NCBI GenBank assembly: GCA_050290185.1
Contig: JBNKHE010000004.1
Location: 224,001-288,000 of the forward strand
From: Pontiella sp.
GTDB lineage: Bacteria > Verrucomicrobiota > Kiritimatiellia > Kiritimatiellales > Pontiellaceae
Direction of reading: 5' to 3'
Length of the DNA: 64,000 nt
The first letter of the stretch is position 1. Every line of letters begins with the position of its first letter. The notes beneath the pieces are model-generated. The model was not told where the DNA came from. It saw only the letters and a program-made list of their open reading frames with translations, and searched no databases. Below, piece by piece: positions 19,318 through 28,645 of this stretch. The position numbers and the translations under genes are program-made.

Positions 19318-21318
19318 ATGTCCAATAACACAAAGAATATAAAAATTAGCATTAAATACTGTTTAGCAATTACAATTCTAATGGTCTGCAGCTCAGCCAA
19401 CGCGTACCAACAAATCTTTGTAGATAGAGATGGATCAGATACAAATAGTGGCTTGAGTGCTGACTCTCCGCTTCGAACATTCACTCAAGCAGTAACTAAT
19501 GCTAATTATGCGGTGTCAAATGATCACCCTGATGGTGTCGAAATTATTTTAGGACCAGGAAAATTTGATGAGACCACTCATAGTAAAACCAACACTTCGT
19601 GCGTAATCTGGAGACTAGCCAATAATGTTTCTGTCACGGGAGCAGGTTCTGGCAAGGGCACAAATTCAACACAAATTATAAATAACATCGTTCCAGATGG
19701 TTATTATTATTACATACTCCTATTGGAACCCGGAAATAATTCTAGAATTCAAGATCTCTCTATTATCAGCCATCCTCAAGAAATGATCAAAGGCGGAGTT
19801 ATCTGCATAGGATCATTTAGAGGCTGGCTATCTCAATTTCCCACATTATCTGAGGACCGTGTTTGTTTGCTTAAAAACATCTACATGGAATCGAATGATG
19901 CCGGAATTGGTATTGCTGGATATTATCCAGATCCCTACAGCTTAACATTCAATTGTTTTGATATGGATATCAATGTCGGAACTGATGGCGTTATTACCAC
20001 ATACCGTGATAACACCCGTATAAACTTGTTTAATTCGAGTGTGAAGGTGACAAGTTGGACTAACTCCATTCACGACCCACGAACTATTGGCTTAACAGCT
20101 ATTAATTCAAGTGCTGAAATATTTGCTTATAATACTTCTATTTGGGCAATTGATGATGCCCCCGACAATGGAGCAACGTATGCCGACAGTTACTGTGTCG
20201 CGGCCTTTGATGAAGGAGTAGTTCGCACTCATAACTGCAATTTCTATAAAAGCTCAGCAACCAATGCTGTTCAGAATTCTTCTCACCTTCATACTGATCA
20301 CACAATTAGCGCCGAGTATTATACAAATGGTATAATTGAACATTCCCTTAGTCGTTTCTTTATAGGAGATACAAATTTTAATATCGTTGCTTCTAATATT
20401 CATCCTGTAGTGCGAGGCTCTAATGATTATGAAGTAGTTAATCTTTACATTGACAAAGCAGCTGCCGGAAATATGACTGGAGTCGACTGGAATAATGCAT
20501 ATACAGATATTTATGATGCATTATCAAAGGTTGAGACTGGAGATTATACCCATGGAGCAAATTTGATCTTTGCGGGTGGTGATACACATACAGTTACCAA
20601 TGTGCTTAATCTTCCTTACGGAGTGTCCCTGATCGGTACTAACCCAACAAATTTAACAACAATATCGAATACCACTCCTACGTCCTGGACCTATCAGTTT
20701 TTGACACAATCCTCCAACTTCACAGTTCTTGCAAATCTAGATCTTCAAACTACAGGGTTGGGAAATCTTCTTATCGGAGGAGCAAACACCAATCAAGCTG
20801 CTACTGTAATTGATAATTGCCTAATGAGCTCTGACGACACAACAATTGGCTACATTGATGGTTATAAGCATGGCTCTATACTCTCCATTTTTAATTCGGG
20901 CATAATCAGTTCACTGAATGGCATCGCAACTTATGCTGAGCATTTAAATATTGTTTCACAGAACACTTACATTGCCGCAGAGGGTAACCATCCGAGTTAT
21001 CCAGGATATTCGTGCGGAGTTTATGCATCACATGCCCGAATTCACTTTTATGGCACGTCCTCAAGCAATTCAACTATTGCAACCGCAAATACTCAAAAAA
21101 ACACTCTCTATCCTTACAATGGGCCAGTCTTCTCGGATAATGCTCGGATCTATCTTGAGAACTACCACTTAGATACTTCTGAAATGAAGGATATTACTAA
21201 CTATACGATGAGAGCCGTTGGATTAACGGGTCATATACTTTATCGCAATTTAGACTTCTCACCCTCGATTACAACAAATGCATCATCGAGTATAACGGAA
21301 TTGGTTGATTTCGACTAA
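19318..21318 (+). CDS. Cassette gene: secreted protein with probable tandem parallel beta-helix (pectin-lyase-like) modules
   Basis: Signal peptide; FVDRDGSDTNSGLSADSPLRTFTQAV and a second YIDKAAAGNMTGVDWNNAYTDIYDAL cap motif. Confidence 0.6.
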   Translation: MSNNTKNIKISIKYCLAITILMVCSSANAYQQIFVDRDGSDTNSGLSADSPLRTFTQAVTNANYAVSNDHPDGVEIILGPGKFDETTHSKTNTSCVIWRLANNVSVTGAGSGKGTNSTQIINNIVPDGYYYYILLLEPGNNSRIQDLSIISHPQEMIKGGVICIGSFRGWLSQFPTLSEDRVCLLKNIYMESNDAGIGIAGYYPDPYSLTFNCFDMDINVGTDGVITTYRDNTRINLFNSSVKVTSWTNSIHDPRTIGLTAINSSAEIFAYNTSIWAIDDAPDNGATYADSYCVAAFDEGVVRTHNCNFYKSSATNAVQNSSHLHTDHTISAEYYTNGIIEHSLSRFFIGDTNFNIVASNIHPVVRGSNDYEVVNLYIDKAAAGNMTGVDWNNAYTDIYDALSKVETGDYTHGANLIFAGGDTHTVTNVLNLPYGVSLIGTNPTNLTTISNTTPTSWTYQFLTQSSNFTVLANLDLQTTGLGNLLIGGANTNQAATVIDNCLMSSDDTTIGYIDGYKHGSILSIFNSGIISSLNGIATYAEHLNIVSQNTYIAAEGNHPSYPGYSCGVYASHARIHFYGTSSSNSTIATANTQKNTLYPYNGPVFSDNARIYLENYHLDTSEMKDITNYTMRAVGLTGHILYRNLDFSPSITTNASSSITELVDFD

Positions 21319-21360
21319 AAGCCGCAATCACACATCCAAAAAAATAGGAATAAATAGCAA

Positions 21361-21448
21361 GTCGAACCAGCTCATAGACCCTACTTGGACGACGCCCATC
21401 GATTCGGTCAAAGCCTGATTCCCAAGCGGATCATGAGTAACGTTGTGC
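21361..21448 (+). repeat. attC site 1 (88 bp, family B)
   Basis: GTCGAAC-CAG-CTCATAGACC...GGATCATGAG-TAAC-GTTGTGC. Confidence 0.8.
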
Positions 21449-21554
21449 ACAGATAATTTATCGGAGATAAATAACGAGTGAAAAGAGAGGTTCAAACCGC
21501 ACAATCTATAGTGTCAAACGTTTATGCCCGCTCAGGTCACACGTAACGTTGGAA
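21449..21554 (+). repeat. Right part of a long family-A attC fused directly to site 1
   Basis: AGATAATTTATCGGAGATAAAT...CAGGTCACACGTAACGTTGGAA with no left arm. Confidence 0.75.
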
Positions 21555-21570
21555 ATTAAAAGGAGAACAG

Positions 21571-22200
21571 ATGAAAAAATTATTGATAGGACTATCGGCT
21601 ATAGCGGCATCCACAGCTCTTGCATCCACAGTTGTACCCACAGAGCCTAAGGCCCAAGGAAAGAAACTGGCGGTACAGATAGTTAAAGTTGATTCAACCA
21701 AACATTACGACATGACATCTCCCGAATATCCCGACATTCTTCTAGCCCCAGATAAATTGCTAAGTGATGAATCCAATACGATAACACAATATCCAGTGTT
21801 ATATGGAGAACCTGGAACATCAGTTACAAATGATCAAACTGAAGCGATTAGCTATGTTGATGGCTATTCCATTGTTGAGGGAAAGGTAGTTCCTGAAGAA
21901 CACGTCCATAAGATTGGATTATTTATTTCTGCGGATATCTCCGAACTTAAAGGCAACGCAGTCAAACTAAACCTTAACATTCAAAATGAGCAGTTTTTTG
22001 GATATGACGAACAAACTGTGGACGGTAATCAGAAAGTGAAACTAGCCTTCTTCAACAGCCAAAGCCACAATACACCGATAACGTTGGCAATAGGAAACTG
22101 GCTAGTGCTCGGTGGCATATTGAATGAGACAACCAGTTCAAGTGCTATCTCACACACTTCTGTCTATCTGGTTCGCGTCATAGACCCATTGCAGGAATAA
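21571..22200 (+). CDS. Cassette gene: secreted protein resembling a secretin C-terminal core
   Basis: AGGAG RBS, signal peptide, IGLFISA..VKLNL..NTPITLAIGNWLVLGG..YLVRV. Confidence 0.55.
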   Translation: MKKLLIGLSAIAASTALASTVVPTEPKAQGKKLAVQIVKVDSTKHYDMTSPEYPDILLAPDKLLSDESNTITQYPVLYGEPGTSVTNDQTEAISYVDGYSIVEGKVVPEEHVHKIGLFISADISELKGNAVKLNLNIQNEQFFGYDEQTVDGNQKVKLAFFNSQSHNTPITLAIGNWLVLGGILNETTSSSAISHTSVYLVRVIDPLQE

Positions 22201-22205
22201 AATAT

Positions 22206-22354
22206 TTCCAGCCAGCGCGTGGGGACCCTACGCGGCCGAAAGCGAAGCGACAGATAATTTATGAAAGAAATAACGAGAGAAACGAGTGGTTCAAAACGCA
22301 GAATTTTCATGCCTAACGCATAAGTCCCGCGCAGGTCACACGTAACCGTTCGGC
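22206..22354 (+). repeat. attC site 2 (149 bp, long family A; R'' core is AGC)
   Basis: TTCCAGC-CAGCGCGTGGGACC...CAGGTCACACGTAACC-GTTCGGC. Confidence 0.8.
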
Positions 22355-22365
22355 ATAAGGAAACA

Positions 22366-22713
22366 ATGAAAATACTATCCATCGTAACAATAAGTTCTCT
22401 TTTTCTTTTTGGATGCAATCCATCCTCTCAAAACAGCAAATGCATAAAGAAGATAGAGGTTAGCTCTGTCACTATTGTTGATCCAACCATTCCTACGGGC
22501 GTATCTGGGTCAACCAATACAAAAGGAGGACTATCCGAGGAAAGAGAATCTCCATACAAAACCTATTATAAAACTGACTTCAGTCACATTTACATCGAGT
22601 CAGATGAGGAATGGTTAAGAATAACCCGAGTATTCAAAAAATCCGGAGTAAAAGAAACAACGGTCGATTATTATAAGCCAGATTCGGTGATAAAATTTAC
22701 GACTAAAGATTAA
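22366..22713 (+). CDS. Cassette gene: hypothetical lipoprotein
   Basis: AAGGA RBS, lipobox LFGC, bounded by attC sites. Confidence 0.7.
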   Translation: MKILSIVTISSLFLFGCNPSSQNSKCIKKIEVSSVTIVDPTIPTGVSGSTNTKGGLSEERESPYKTYYKTDFSHIYIESDEEWLRITRVFKKSGVKETTVDYYKPDSVIKFTTKD

Positions 22714-22722
22714 ACATAATGA

Positions 22723-22812
22723 GCCGAACCAGCGCGTGGACCTTACGCGGTAAAACGCACAGTTTTCATGCCCAACGCATAAGTCCCGCGCAGGTCACAC
22801 GTAACGTTCTTG
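22723..22812 (+). repeat. attC site 3 (90 bp, short family A)
   Basis: GCCGAAC-CAGCGCGTGGACCTTACGCGG...CGCGCAGGTCACACGTAAC-GTTCTTG. Confidence 0.85.
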
Positions 22813-22829
22813 CGGACGCTGCGCTTGCC

Positions 22830-22924
22830 GCAGAACCAGGCCGCTGCACCAACATTCCGGCTGGCCGTCCGCAGGCTCCGCCTGCTACCGTCCACCCGGA
22901 AAGTTGGTGAGCGCCGCATTAGAA
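22830..22924 (+). repeat. attC site 4 (95 bp, unrelated GC-rich type; R' core is ATT)
   Basis: GCAGAAC-CAGGC-CGCTGCACCAACATTCCGG...CCGGAAAGTTGGTGAGCG-CCGC-ATTAGAA. Confidence 0.75.
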
Positions 22925-22935
22925 ACGGAGATAAT

Positions 22936-23439
22936 ATGACGGAAGAAACAAAACAGAAGTTTATAGATCATCCTGCACCCAGCATCGGCTTGTTTACGCT
23001 TCTCGTTGTAATTATCTGCTTTCTGATTACCGTAATCCCAATGGCAATATCGGACATGCCCAAAGAAGAGCTTGGTTCACCTTCCGCAATCGGAATTTAT
23101 GCTGTCCTTGGCTTTGCGATTGCCATCCTGTGTTTCTACCTGTGGCCACTCTACACCACATATTACATCGTTGATGATAATGGCATAACGATAAAATATG
23201 GTCCATGGACACGTGTATCCCAATGGAATGAATTCAAAATGGTATATTGGCAAAAGGGGATGTTTGTCTCAAAGATCGGGGTGCCTTCTATCACCCCATG
23301 TGTACGCCTCTCAAATGGTCTTGTCCTTCCAAGGAAACACAAGACATGGGGACTATACATTACCCCAAATGATCCGGAAGCATTCATCCGTAAGATCGAG
23401 TTGTTTGCTCCAGAATTAACCAAAGAGATGATAAAATAG
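22936..23439 (+). CDS. Cassette gene: membrane protein with bacterial PH-like domain
   Basis: GGAG RBS before ATG 22936; 2 TM segments then TYYIVDDNGITIKYG..YITPNDPEAFI. Confidence 0.7.
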   Translation: MTEETKQKFIDHPAPSIGLFTLLVVIICFLITVIPMAISDMPKEELGSPSAIGIYAVLGFAIAILCFYLWPLYTTYYIVDDNGITIKYGPWTRVSQWNEFKMVYWQKGMFVSKIGVPSITPCVRLSNGLVLPRKHKTWGLYITPNDPEAFIRKIELFAPELTKEMIK

Positions 23440-23442
23440 GAT

Positions 23443-23590
23443 TTCTAACCAGCGCGTGGACCTTACGGGACCGCATGCGCATCGCAGATAATTTATCGGA
23501 GATAAATAACGAGTGAAACGAGAGGTTCAAACCGCACAGTTTTCATGCCTGACGTTGGTAGTCCCGCGCAGGTCACACATAACGTTGGAT
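23443..23590 (+). repeat. attC site 5 (148 bp, long family A)
   Basis: TTCTAAC-CAGCGCGTGGACC...GGTCACACATAAC-GTTGGAT. Confidence 0.85.
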
Positions 23591-23612
23591 GCAGAAAACA
23601 AGGAGAGTAAAG

Positions 23613-24041
23613 ATGGAAGACAAAGTTTCAGAAGAGCAAGAATTTCATGCAGGGCAAGCATCAACTCCGGCTGTAGAGGTTGCGCCCACACCCGAATCGT
23701 CGCCGATTGCTGGATTTACTAATGAGCAAAGAACGCTTGCGCTCTGCGCATATCTGATCCCGTTAGTAACCAGTTCAAACTTCATTGCTCCCCTCATTAT
23801 CTGGCTGTTAAAAAAAGGTGAAGACTCATACGTCGAAAATCATGCCAAGGAATCGCTCAACTTTCAGATTACGTTTGTGATCTTTGTCTTCGTTGCATGG
23901 CTGAGCATCTTTTTATTAATAGGTGCACTTTTGTTCCCTGCAGTCATAATCACTTATATAGTTTTTGGCATCATTGCCTGCGTCAAAGCGTACAAGGGTG
24001 AAGAATACAGAATCCCACTCTGCATCCGCTTCATCAAATAG
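23613..24041 (+). CDS. Cassette gene: DUF4870 membrane protein
   Basis: APLIIWL..HAKESLNFQIT..KAYKGEEYRIP..IRFIK; AGGAG RBS. Confidence 0.85.
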   Translation: MEDKVSEEQEFHAGQASTPAVEVAPTPESSPIAGFTNEQRTLALCAYLIPLVTSSNFIAPLIIWLLKKGEDSYVENHAKESLNFQITFVIFVFVAWLSIFLLIGALLFPAVIITYIVFGIIACVKAYKGEEYRIPLCIRFIK

Positions 24042-24083
24042 TCAAAAAATACCATAAGAAGACCTCTTCAGATAAATAAGGAC

Positions 24084-24229
24084 ATCCAACCAGCGCGTGG
24101 ACCTTACGCGGCCGCACGCGCAGCGCAGATAATTTATCGGAGATAAATAATGAGTGAAACGAGAGGCTCAAAACGCACAATCTATCGTGCCAAACGTTTA
24201 TTTCGCGCAGGTCACACGTAGCGTTGGCT
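24084..24229 (+). repeat. attC site 6 (146 bp, long family A)
   Basis: ATCCAAC-CAGCGCGTGGACC...GGTCACACGTAGC-GTTGGCT. Confidence 0.85.
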
Positions 24230-24256
24230 TTCATAAAATCCTAAAAGGAGCAAGCA

Positions 24257-24511
24257 ATGGAAATTGAACAAATTATTATCACATTAGTTATAGGTGGTGT
24301 TGCGGGCTGGCTAGCTGGAATTCTCTTCAAGGGAGGGGGATTCGGCCTCGTTGGAAATATAATTGTAGGGTTGCTTGGAGCCGTGTTAGGAGGATGGTTA
24401 TTTAGAGTTCTTAATATTTCAGTTGGTGGTGAATGGGTAGGCCCAATTGTTACATCGACGATAGGAGCAATCGTTCTCCTCTTTGCGATAAGCTTCGTGA
24501 AAAGGAAATAG
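24257..24511 (+). CDS. Cassette gene: GlsB/YeaQ/YmgE (transglycosylase-associated) membrane protein
   Basis: IGGVAGWLA..GFGLVGNIIVGLLGAVLGG..IGAIVLL. Confidence 0.9.
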   Translation: MEIEQIIITLVIGGVAGWLAGILFKGGGFGLVGNIIVGLLGAVLGGWLFRVLNISVGGEWVGPIVTSTIGAIVLLFAISFVKRK

Positions 24512-24599
24512 CCAACCAGCGCCTGAACCTTACGCGGTAAAACGCACAATTTTCATGCCTAACGCATATGTCCCGCGCAGGTTACACGTAACGTTCGGT
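24510..24599 (+). repeat. attC site 7 (90 bp, short family A)
   Basis: AGCCAAC-CAGCGCCTGAACC...GGTTACACGTAAC-GTTCGGT. Confidence 0.8.
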
Positions 24600-24609
24600 A
24601 AAAACATAA

Positions 24610-24936
24610 ATGAAGCAACCCATATCAACCTCTGAAACTCGACCCAAACGGAATCGACTGTTGTTTATGTCCACACTAGTTGCTCTTACTGGATTTTTTG
24701 GAATTCCTCTCACGTTCCAAATAATCGCCAAGGCAGACTTCTTCAGTATTCTTTTCTTTCTGCCATGCATTCCTCTGATGTTCAACCTAATCGGACTAGG
24801 CTTAGTTGCTTGCGATAAACTCAAGACAAAGGGACTCATTATTTACCTAATTCCATGCTTCATTCTATCATTTTTCGTAATAGCAGGCACAGCCGGCATG
24901 CTCCACTTCTTTATTGTGTATGAATCAATGCCCTAG
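24610..24936 (+). CDS. Cassette gene: hypothetical 3-TM membrane protein
   Basis: ORF fills the space between attC sites; hydrophobic segments. Confidence 0.65.
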   Translation: MKQPISTSETRPKRNRLLFMSTLVALTGFFGIPLTFQIIAKADFFSILFFLPCIPLMFNLIGLGLVACDKLKTKGLIIYLIPCFILSFFVIAGTAGMLHFFIVYESMP

Positions 24937-24969
24937 AAAGATGAACAAAACATCTCCAATAATAATGAA

Positions 24970-25064
24970 ACCGAACCAGGGCATGGACCCGACAGAGTCC
25001 GGCAGTTAATTTAACGGCAAAGAACCACTCCCCCCATTTTTGCGGGTCACGCCTAACATTAGAC
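24970..25064 (+). repeat. attC site 8 (95 bp; R' core is ATT)
   Basis: ACCGAAC-CAGGGCATGGACCCG...CGGGTCACGCCTAAC-ATTAGAC. Confidence 0.75.
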
Positions 25065-25072
25065 AAAAATAG

Positions 25073-25630
25073 ATGATTAATCTCCGTCCATTCCAATCCT
25101 CAGACATTTCCTGTTTTAATGAGTTCTCAGGGGATGATTGGACGGTTTTTAATTGGTTGGATGAGATCGGGCGGCCGATTATAAAGGAAAAGTTTTTGAA
25201 AGATCTAGAGAACCCTGAGTTGCATTCTTACATCGCGGTTGAATCGAACCAGCAAGAAGTCGTCGGGCATCTTCAAATAAAAGAAATGGAACCAGGAGTT
25301 GGTCGCTTTCACAGGTTTGTAGTAAGCAAAAAAGAGAAAAGAAGAAAAGGAATTGGAAGAGATATATTGTCCCAAGCGCTTAAAATCGCGTTCGAAGAAT
25401 TTGAGTTCGACCTGATGACTCTGGGAGTTTTTGATATTAATACTCCAGCAATCAGTTTCTGCGAATCTATGGGCTTTCAACCACACTCCTCAAAGTTGAT
25501 TGATTATCGCTTTAACGATAATCTCACCCACCCTTTGAATATGACGCTCCCGAAAGAAAATTGGGAGTCTAACAAGGCATGTGAGAGGAATGCCGAGATC
25601 GCTCCCGCTCCTCGCCATCTCTCCACTTGA
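25073..25630 (+). CDS. Cassette gene: GNAT N-acetyltransferase
   Basis: LRPF, RRKGIG, LGVFDINTPAI..SMGF. Confidence 0.85.
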   Translation: MINLRPFQSSDISCFNEFSGDDWTVFNWLDEIGRPIIKEKFLKDLENPELHSYIAVESNQQEVVGHLQIKEMEPGVGRFHRFVVSKKEKRRKGIGRDILSQALKIAFEEFEFDLMTLGVFDINTPAISFCESMGFQPHSSKLIDYRFNDNLTHPLNMTLPKENWESNKACERNAEIAPAPRHLST

Positions 25631-25638
25631 CGTTGGGC
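25567..25638 (+). repeat. attC site 9 (72 bp, unrelated type), overlapped by the GNAT 3' end
   Basis: GTCTAAC-AAGGCAT-GTGAGAG...CTCTCCAC-TTGAC-GTTGGGC. Confidence 0.7.
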
Positions 25639-25649
25639 AAAGAAAAAAT

Positions 25650-26255
25650 ATGTACATACCTGATAGATTTAAGATGAATGACAGGGAGGTAGTTAATACC
25701 TTCATTCGTAAGCATAATTTCGGACTGCTTGTCACAACCGACGGAAAAACCATCGATGAGACCTTAACACCCTTCCTAATTTCAGAAACCGAAGAGTGTC
25801 TGTACGGCCATATTGCACGGGCAAACCCGCAATGGACGAAATGGGATGACTCAACAATAGCCAAAGTGATGTTCACCGGCCCTCATTCTTATATTTCCCC
25901 AAAGTTTTATGAGTCTGAATTGAACGTACCGACGTGGAATTATACGGCGGTTTCAATCAGCGGAGAAATTAAGACCCAAAATAACAGGCCTGAAATTATT
26001 GAATTTCTAGATGCCTTGGTTACCCAACATGAAGCACCGGAAGCTCCATGGAATCTAGATAAAGATGATGAACGCTATATGAAGCTACTCGACGGGATCG
26101 TTGTCTTCAGACTCCAAATTAAGGATGTCGAAGCATCGTATAAATTAAACCAAAATAAGAAAGTAGAGGATCAGTTGAGTGTTATAGCGGCTCTGGAAAG
26201 TTCAGATAATCCAATTGATAACGAAGTTGCTAAAATGATGAAGCAGAACATATAA
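25650..26255 (+). CDS. Cassette gene: FMN-binding negative transcriptional regulator (PaiB family)
   Basis: MYIP..F, GHIARANPQW, GPHSYISP, VPTWNY, KLNQN. Confidence 0.9.
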   Translation: MYIPDRFKMNDREVVNTFIRKHNFGLLVTTDGKTIDETLTPFLISETEECLYGHIARANPQWTKWDDSTIAKVMFTGPHSYISPKFYESELNVPTWNYTAVSISGEIKTQNNRPEIIEFLDALVTQHEAPEAPWNLDKDDERYMKLLDGIVVFRLQIKDVEASYKLNQNKKVEDQLSVIAALESSDNPIDNEVAKMMKQNI

Positions 26256-26257
26256 TA

Positions 26258-26406
26258 GCTCAACCAGCGCGTGGAGCTTACGCAGCCGCACGCGTAGCGC
26301 AGATAATTTATCGGAGATAAATAACGAGTGAAACGAGCGGTTCAAAACGCACAATTTTCATGCCCACAACACAGAAGCCCCGCGCAGGTCACACGTAACG
26401 TTTCAG
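26258..26406 (+). repeat. attC site 10 (149 bp, long family A)
   Basis: GCTCAAC-CAGCGCGTGGAGC...GGTCACACGTAAC-GTTTCAG. Confidence 0.85.
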
Positions 26407-26416
26407 GAGAGAAAAT

Positions 26417-26758
26417 ATGAACAAAATATGCATCTATGCTTCTTTGTTAATTCTACTGTTGAGCGGATGCACAACACCCGAAATACAAATAGAGAAAGCT
26501 TCAGCTTTATCCCAAGAAAAAATCGAAATTATGAGAGAGCAAGTTCAGGAAGATTTACAGCAATATCAAATGCAGCAGATCAGAGCTGGTCTGCCACCCC
26601 TCCCCATTCCTCTGACCGAAGAAAACATTGCTCGCATTCAATCTGAACTAAAAGCACATACAGAAAAACCAGAGGTTTATGTTGAGGCAAAAACAACCCC
26701 TGAACTACAAAAAATGATACACGACTCCATCGTTCGTGGAATGCAGCAAGCAGATTAA
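26417..26758 (+). CDS. Cassette gene: hypothetical lipoprotein
   Basis: AGGAG RBS, lipobox LSGC. Confidence 0.7.
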   Translation: MNKICIYASLLILLLSGCTTPEIQIEKASALSQEKIEIMREQVQEDLQQYQMQQIRAGLPPLPIPLTEENIARIQSELKAHTEKPEVYVEAKTTPELQKMIHDSIVRGMQQAD

Positions 26759-26764
26759 AAATTT

Positions 26765-26855
26765 TGCCAACCAGCGCGTGGACCTTACGAGGTAAAACGC
26801 ACAATCTGTCGTGCCAAACGTTTATGTCCCGCGCAGGTCACACGTAACGTTCTGA
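26765..26855 (+). repeat. attC site 11 (91 bp, short family A)
   Basis: TGCCAAC-CAGCGCGTGGACC...GGTCACACGTAAC-GTTCTGA. Confidence 0.85.
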
Positions 26856-27054
26856 CATATATTATTGATTTTTTTACAGCATGTGTATTTGCCTGATAAT
26901 AACAGTTTTTCTTAGAAATAAACATAGTTTCGATTCGGGTTTTGCAGATACCAACTCAATAGCTTAGCGAGCACAATATTTGCATCATAGACAGGCCAGC
27001 AAATATGTTTCCATTTAGGAAAATGCAGGTAAAACATTAGTATTAGGAGGTTTT

Positions 27055-27756
27055 GTGAAGAAATGTAAGTTCGTGGCGTTGTTGGCCTTCATGGCATTTG
27101 TGGGAATATCATCGGCTGATTTAGTAAGTATCACTGTCAGGGGGAAAGCTGACACAACTAAAATGGGATATTTATCTGGTCATAGTTACAGCTTTACTTG
27201 GGTTCTCAATGATACATATACCGGCAGTCCTTGGGATGAATATTCTGCTTCTAAAAATCAATGGTATGTTCAAGAATCCATTTACCCGGCACTGTGGGAC
27301 TCAGTTCACGGAAGCGGGTTATCTGGAACGTACGTCCGTCCCTCACCATGGAATGAGGACTACTTGTCTATAAATTCTCAACTTGATACGGATCAAGTAA
27401 ACTTAACCGCCGAAGCACCCGTTACCGACATCGGTCTTACCGTGAACGGCGTCAAAGTGGCATGGGTTGCGGCTATAAATCTTCGGTTTAGTGAATTTTC
27501 ATTTCCGGAGACATTCTCTAACCCTGCAAATTATATGACAGGATATTTAGGGACATATACACCGAGTGATGGATTTATGCGCGTCGGAGACATAAATGGT
27601 AACAACATCTACTTTACTGCGACCAGTGTAGAAGTAGTTCCGGAGCCGTCGAGCGCGTTGCTGCTGGTGGTCGGTTCTGGCGGCATCCTGCTCTATCGCC
27701 GCACGAGGGAACGTCATCAAACCGAGATTCCCTCCCGCCGACATTTCTTCCAGTAG
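27055..27756 (+). CDS. Cassette gene: PEP-CTERM sorting-domain protein
   Basis: AGGAGG RBS with GTG start, signal peptide, C-terminal VPEPSSALLLVVGSGGILLYRR. Confidence 0.88.
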   Translation: MKKCKFVALLAFMAFVGISSADLVSITVRGKADTTKMGYLSGHSYSFTWVLNDTYTGSPWDEYSASKNQWYVQESIYPALWDSVHGSGLSGTYVRPSPWNEDYLSINSQLDTDQVNLTAEAPVTDIGLTVNGVKVAWVAAINLRFSEFSFPETFSNPANYMTGYLGTYTPSDGFMRVGDINGNNIYFTATSVEVVPEPSSALLLVVGSGGILLYRRTRERHQTEIPSRRHFFQ

Positions 27757-28040
27757 TTCATGGAGGGCTGATCTTGTATTGTCCTTAGGTCGTAATAGAG
27801 CCGTGGGGGTTATTATACATTGTCATGACGAGCAGGGATAACGTTTCAGAACCAGCCAAACCATAAAGATGTCCTCTATCTCCCCCACTCCCTTCAATTC
27901 ACACCTAGTAAAATCTACTAAATAATCACCAATGGTGTATTTGATGACTCACAAAGAAATTGACTAAACTAATTGTATTTTATGGGGAGTAATGACTCAA
28001 ACTTGCTCGACCAAAGACGTTAGTCTGAAAAAACAAATGA

Positions 28041-28188
28041 ATCGAACCCGTGCGTGGACCTTACACGGCCTCACGCGCAGCGCAGATAATTGATCGGAGA
28101 TAAATAACGAGTGAAACGAGAGGCTCAAAACGCACAATCTATCGTACCAAACGCTTATTTCCCGCGCAGGTTAAACGTAACGTCCGAC
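28041..28188 (+). repeat. attC site 12 (148 bp, long family A; R' core is GTC)
   Basis: ATCGAAC-CCGTGCGTGGACC...GGTTAAACGTAAC-GTCCGAC. Confidence 0.8.
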
Positions 28189-28255
28189 GAAAGAAAAATT
28201 TAAGAAACCTGCCTAATGCAGAGATTTGAAAACATTAAAATTATAAGGAGATAGA

Positions 28256-28471
28256 ATGAAAAAAATCGGCGGTACAATATTCTTTTTTGGAGCGGGATCC
28301 ATAGTTCTATATTTTGTGCATATGGAATTTATCATCTTATCTTGGATTGACATGTGGGGCCCTTTAGTCGGTTGGATAATTCGAGGAGTGTTACTTGTGG
28401 TTGGTGGTGTTCTTTGGCTCATTGGAAGGCCTGATACGGAACAAAAACGACAGTCTGAATTTGCAGAATAA
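28256..28471 (+). CDS. Cassette gene: small 2-TM membrane protein
   Basis: AAGGAG RBS; WIDMWG..GWIIR motif. Confidence 0.75.
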   Translation: MKKIGGTIFFFGAGSIVLYFVHMEFIILSWIDMWGPLVGWIIRGVLLVVGGVLWLIGRPDTEQKRQSEFAE

Positions 28472-28476
28472 TTTAT

Positions 28477-28624
28477 ATCGAACCAGCGCGTGGACCTTGC
28501 GCGGTCGCACGCGCTGCGCAGATAATTTATCTGCGATAAATAACGAATGAAATGAGAGGTTCAAACCGTACAATCTATCGTGCCAAATGCTTATTTCCCA
28601 CGCGGGTCACGCCAAACGTTAGGC
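28477..28624 (+). repeat. attC site 13 (148 bp, long family A)
   Basis: ATCGAAC-CAGCGCGTGGACC...GGGTCACGCCAAAC-GTTAGGC. Confidence 0.85.
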
Positions 28625-28645
28625 ACCTATAAAAAAGGAACAAAA

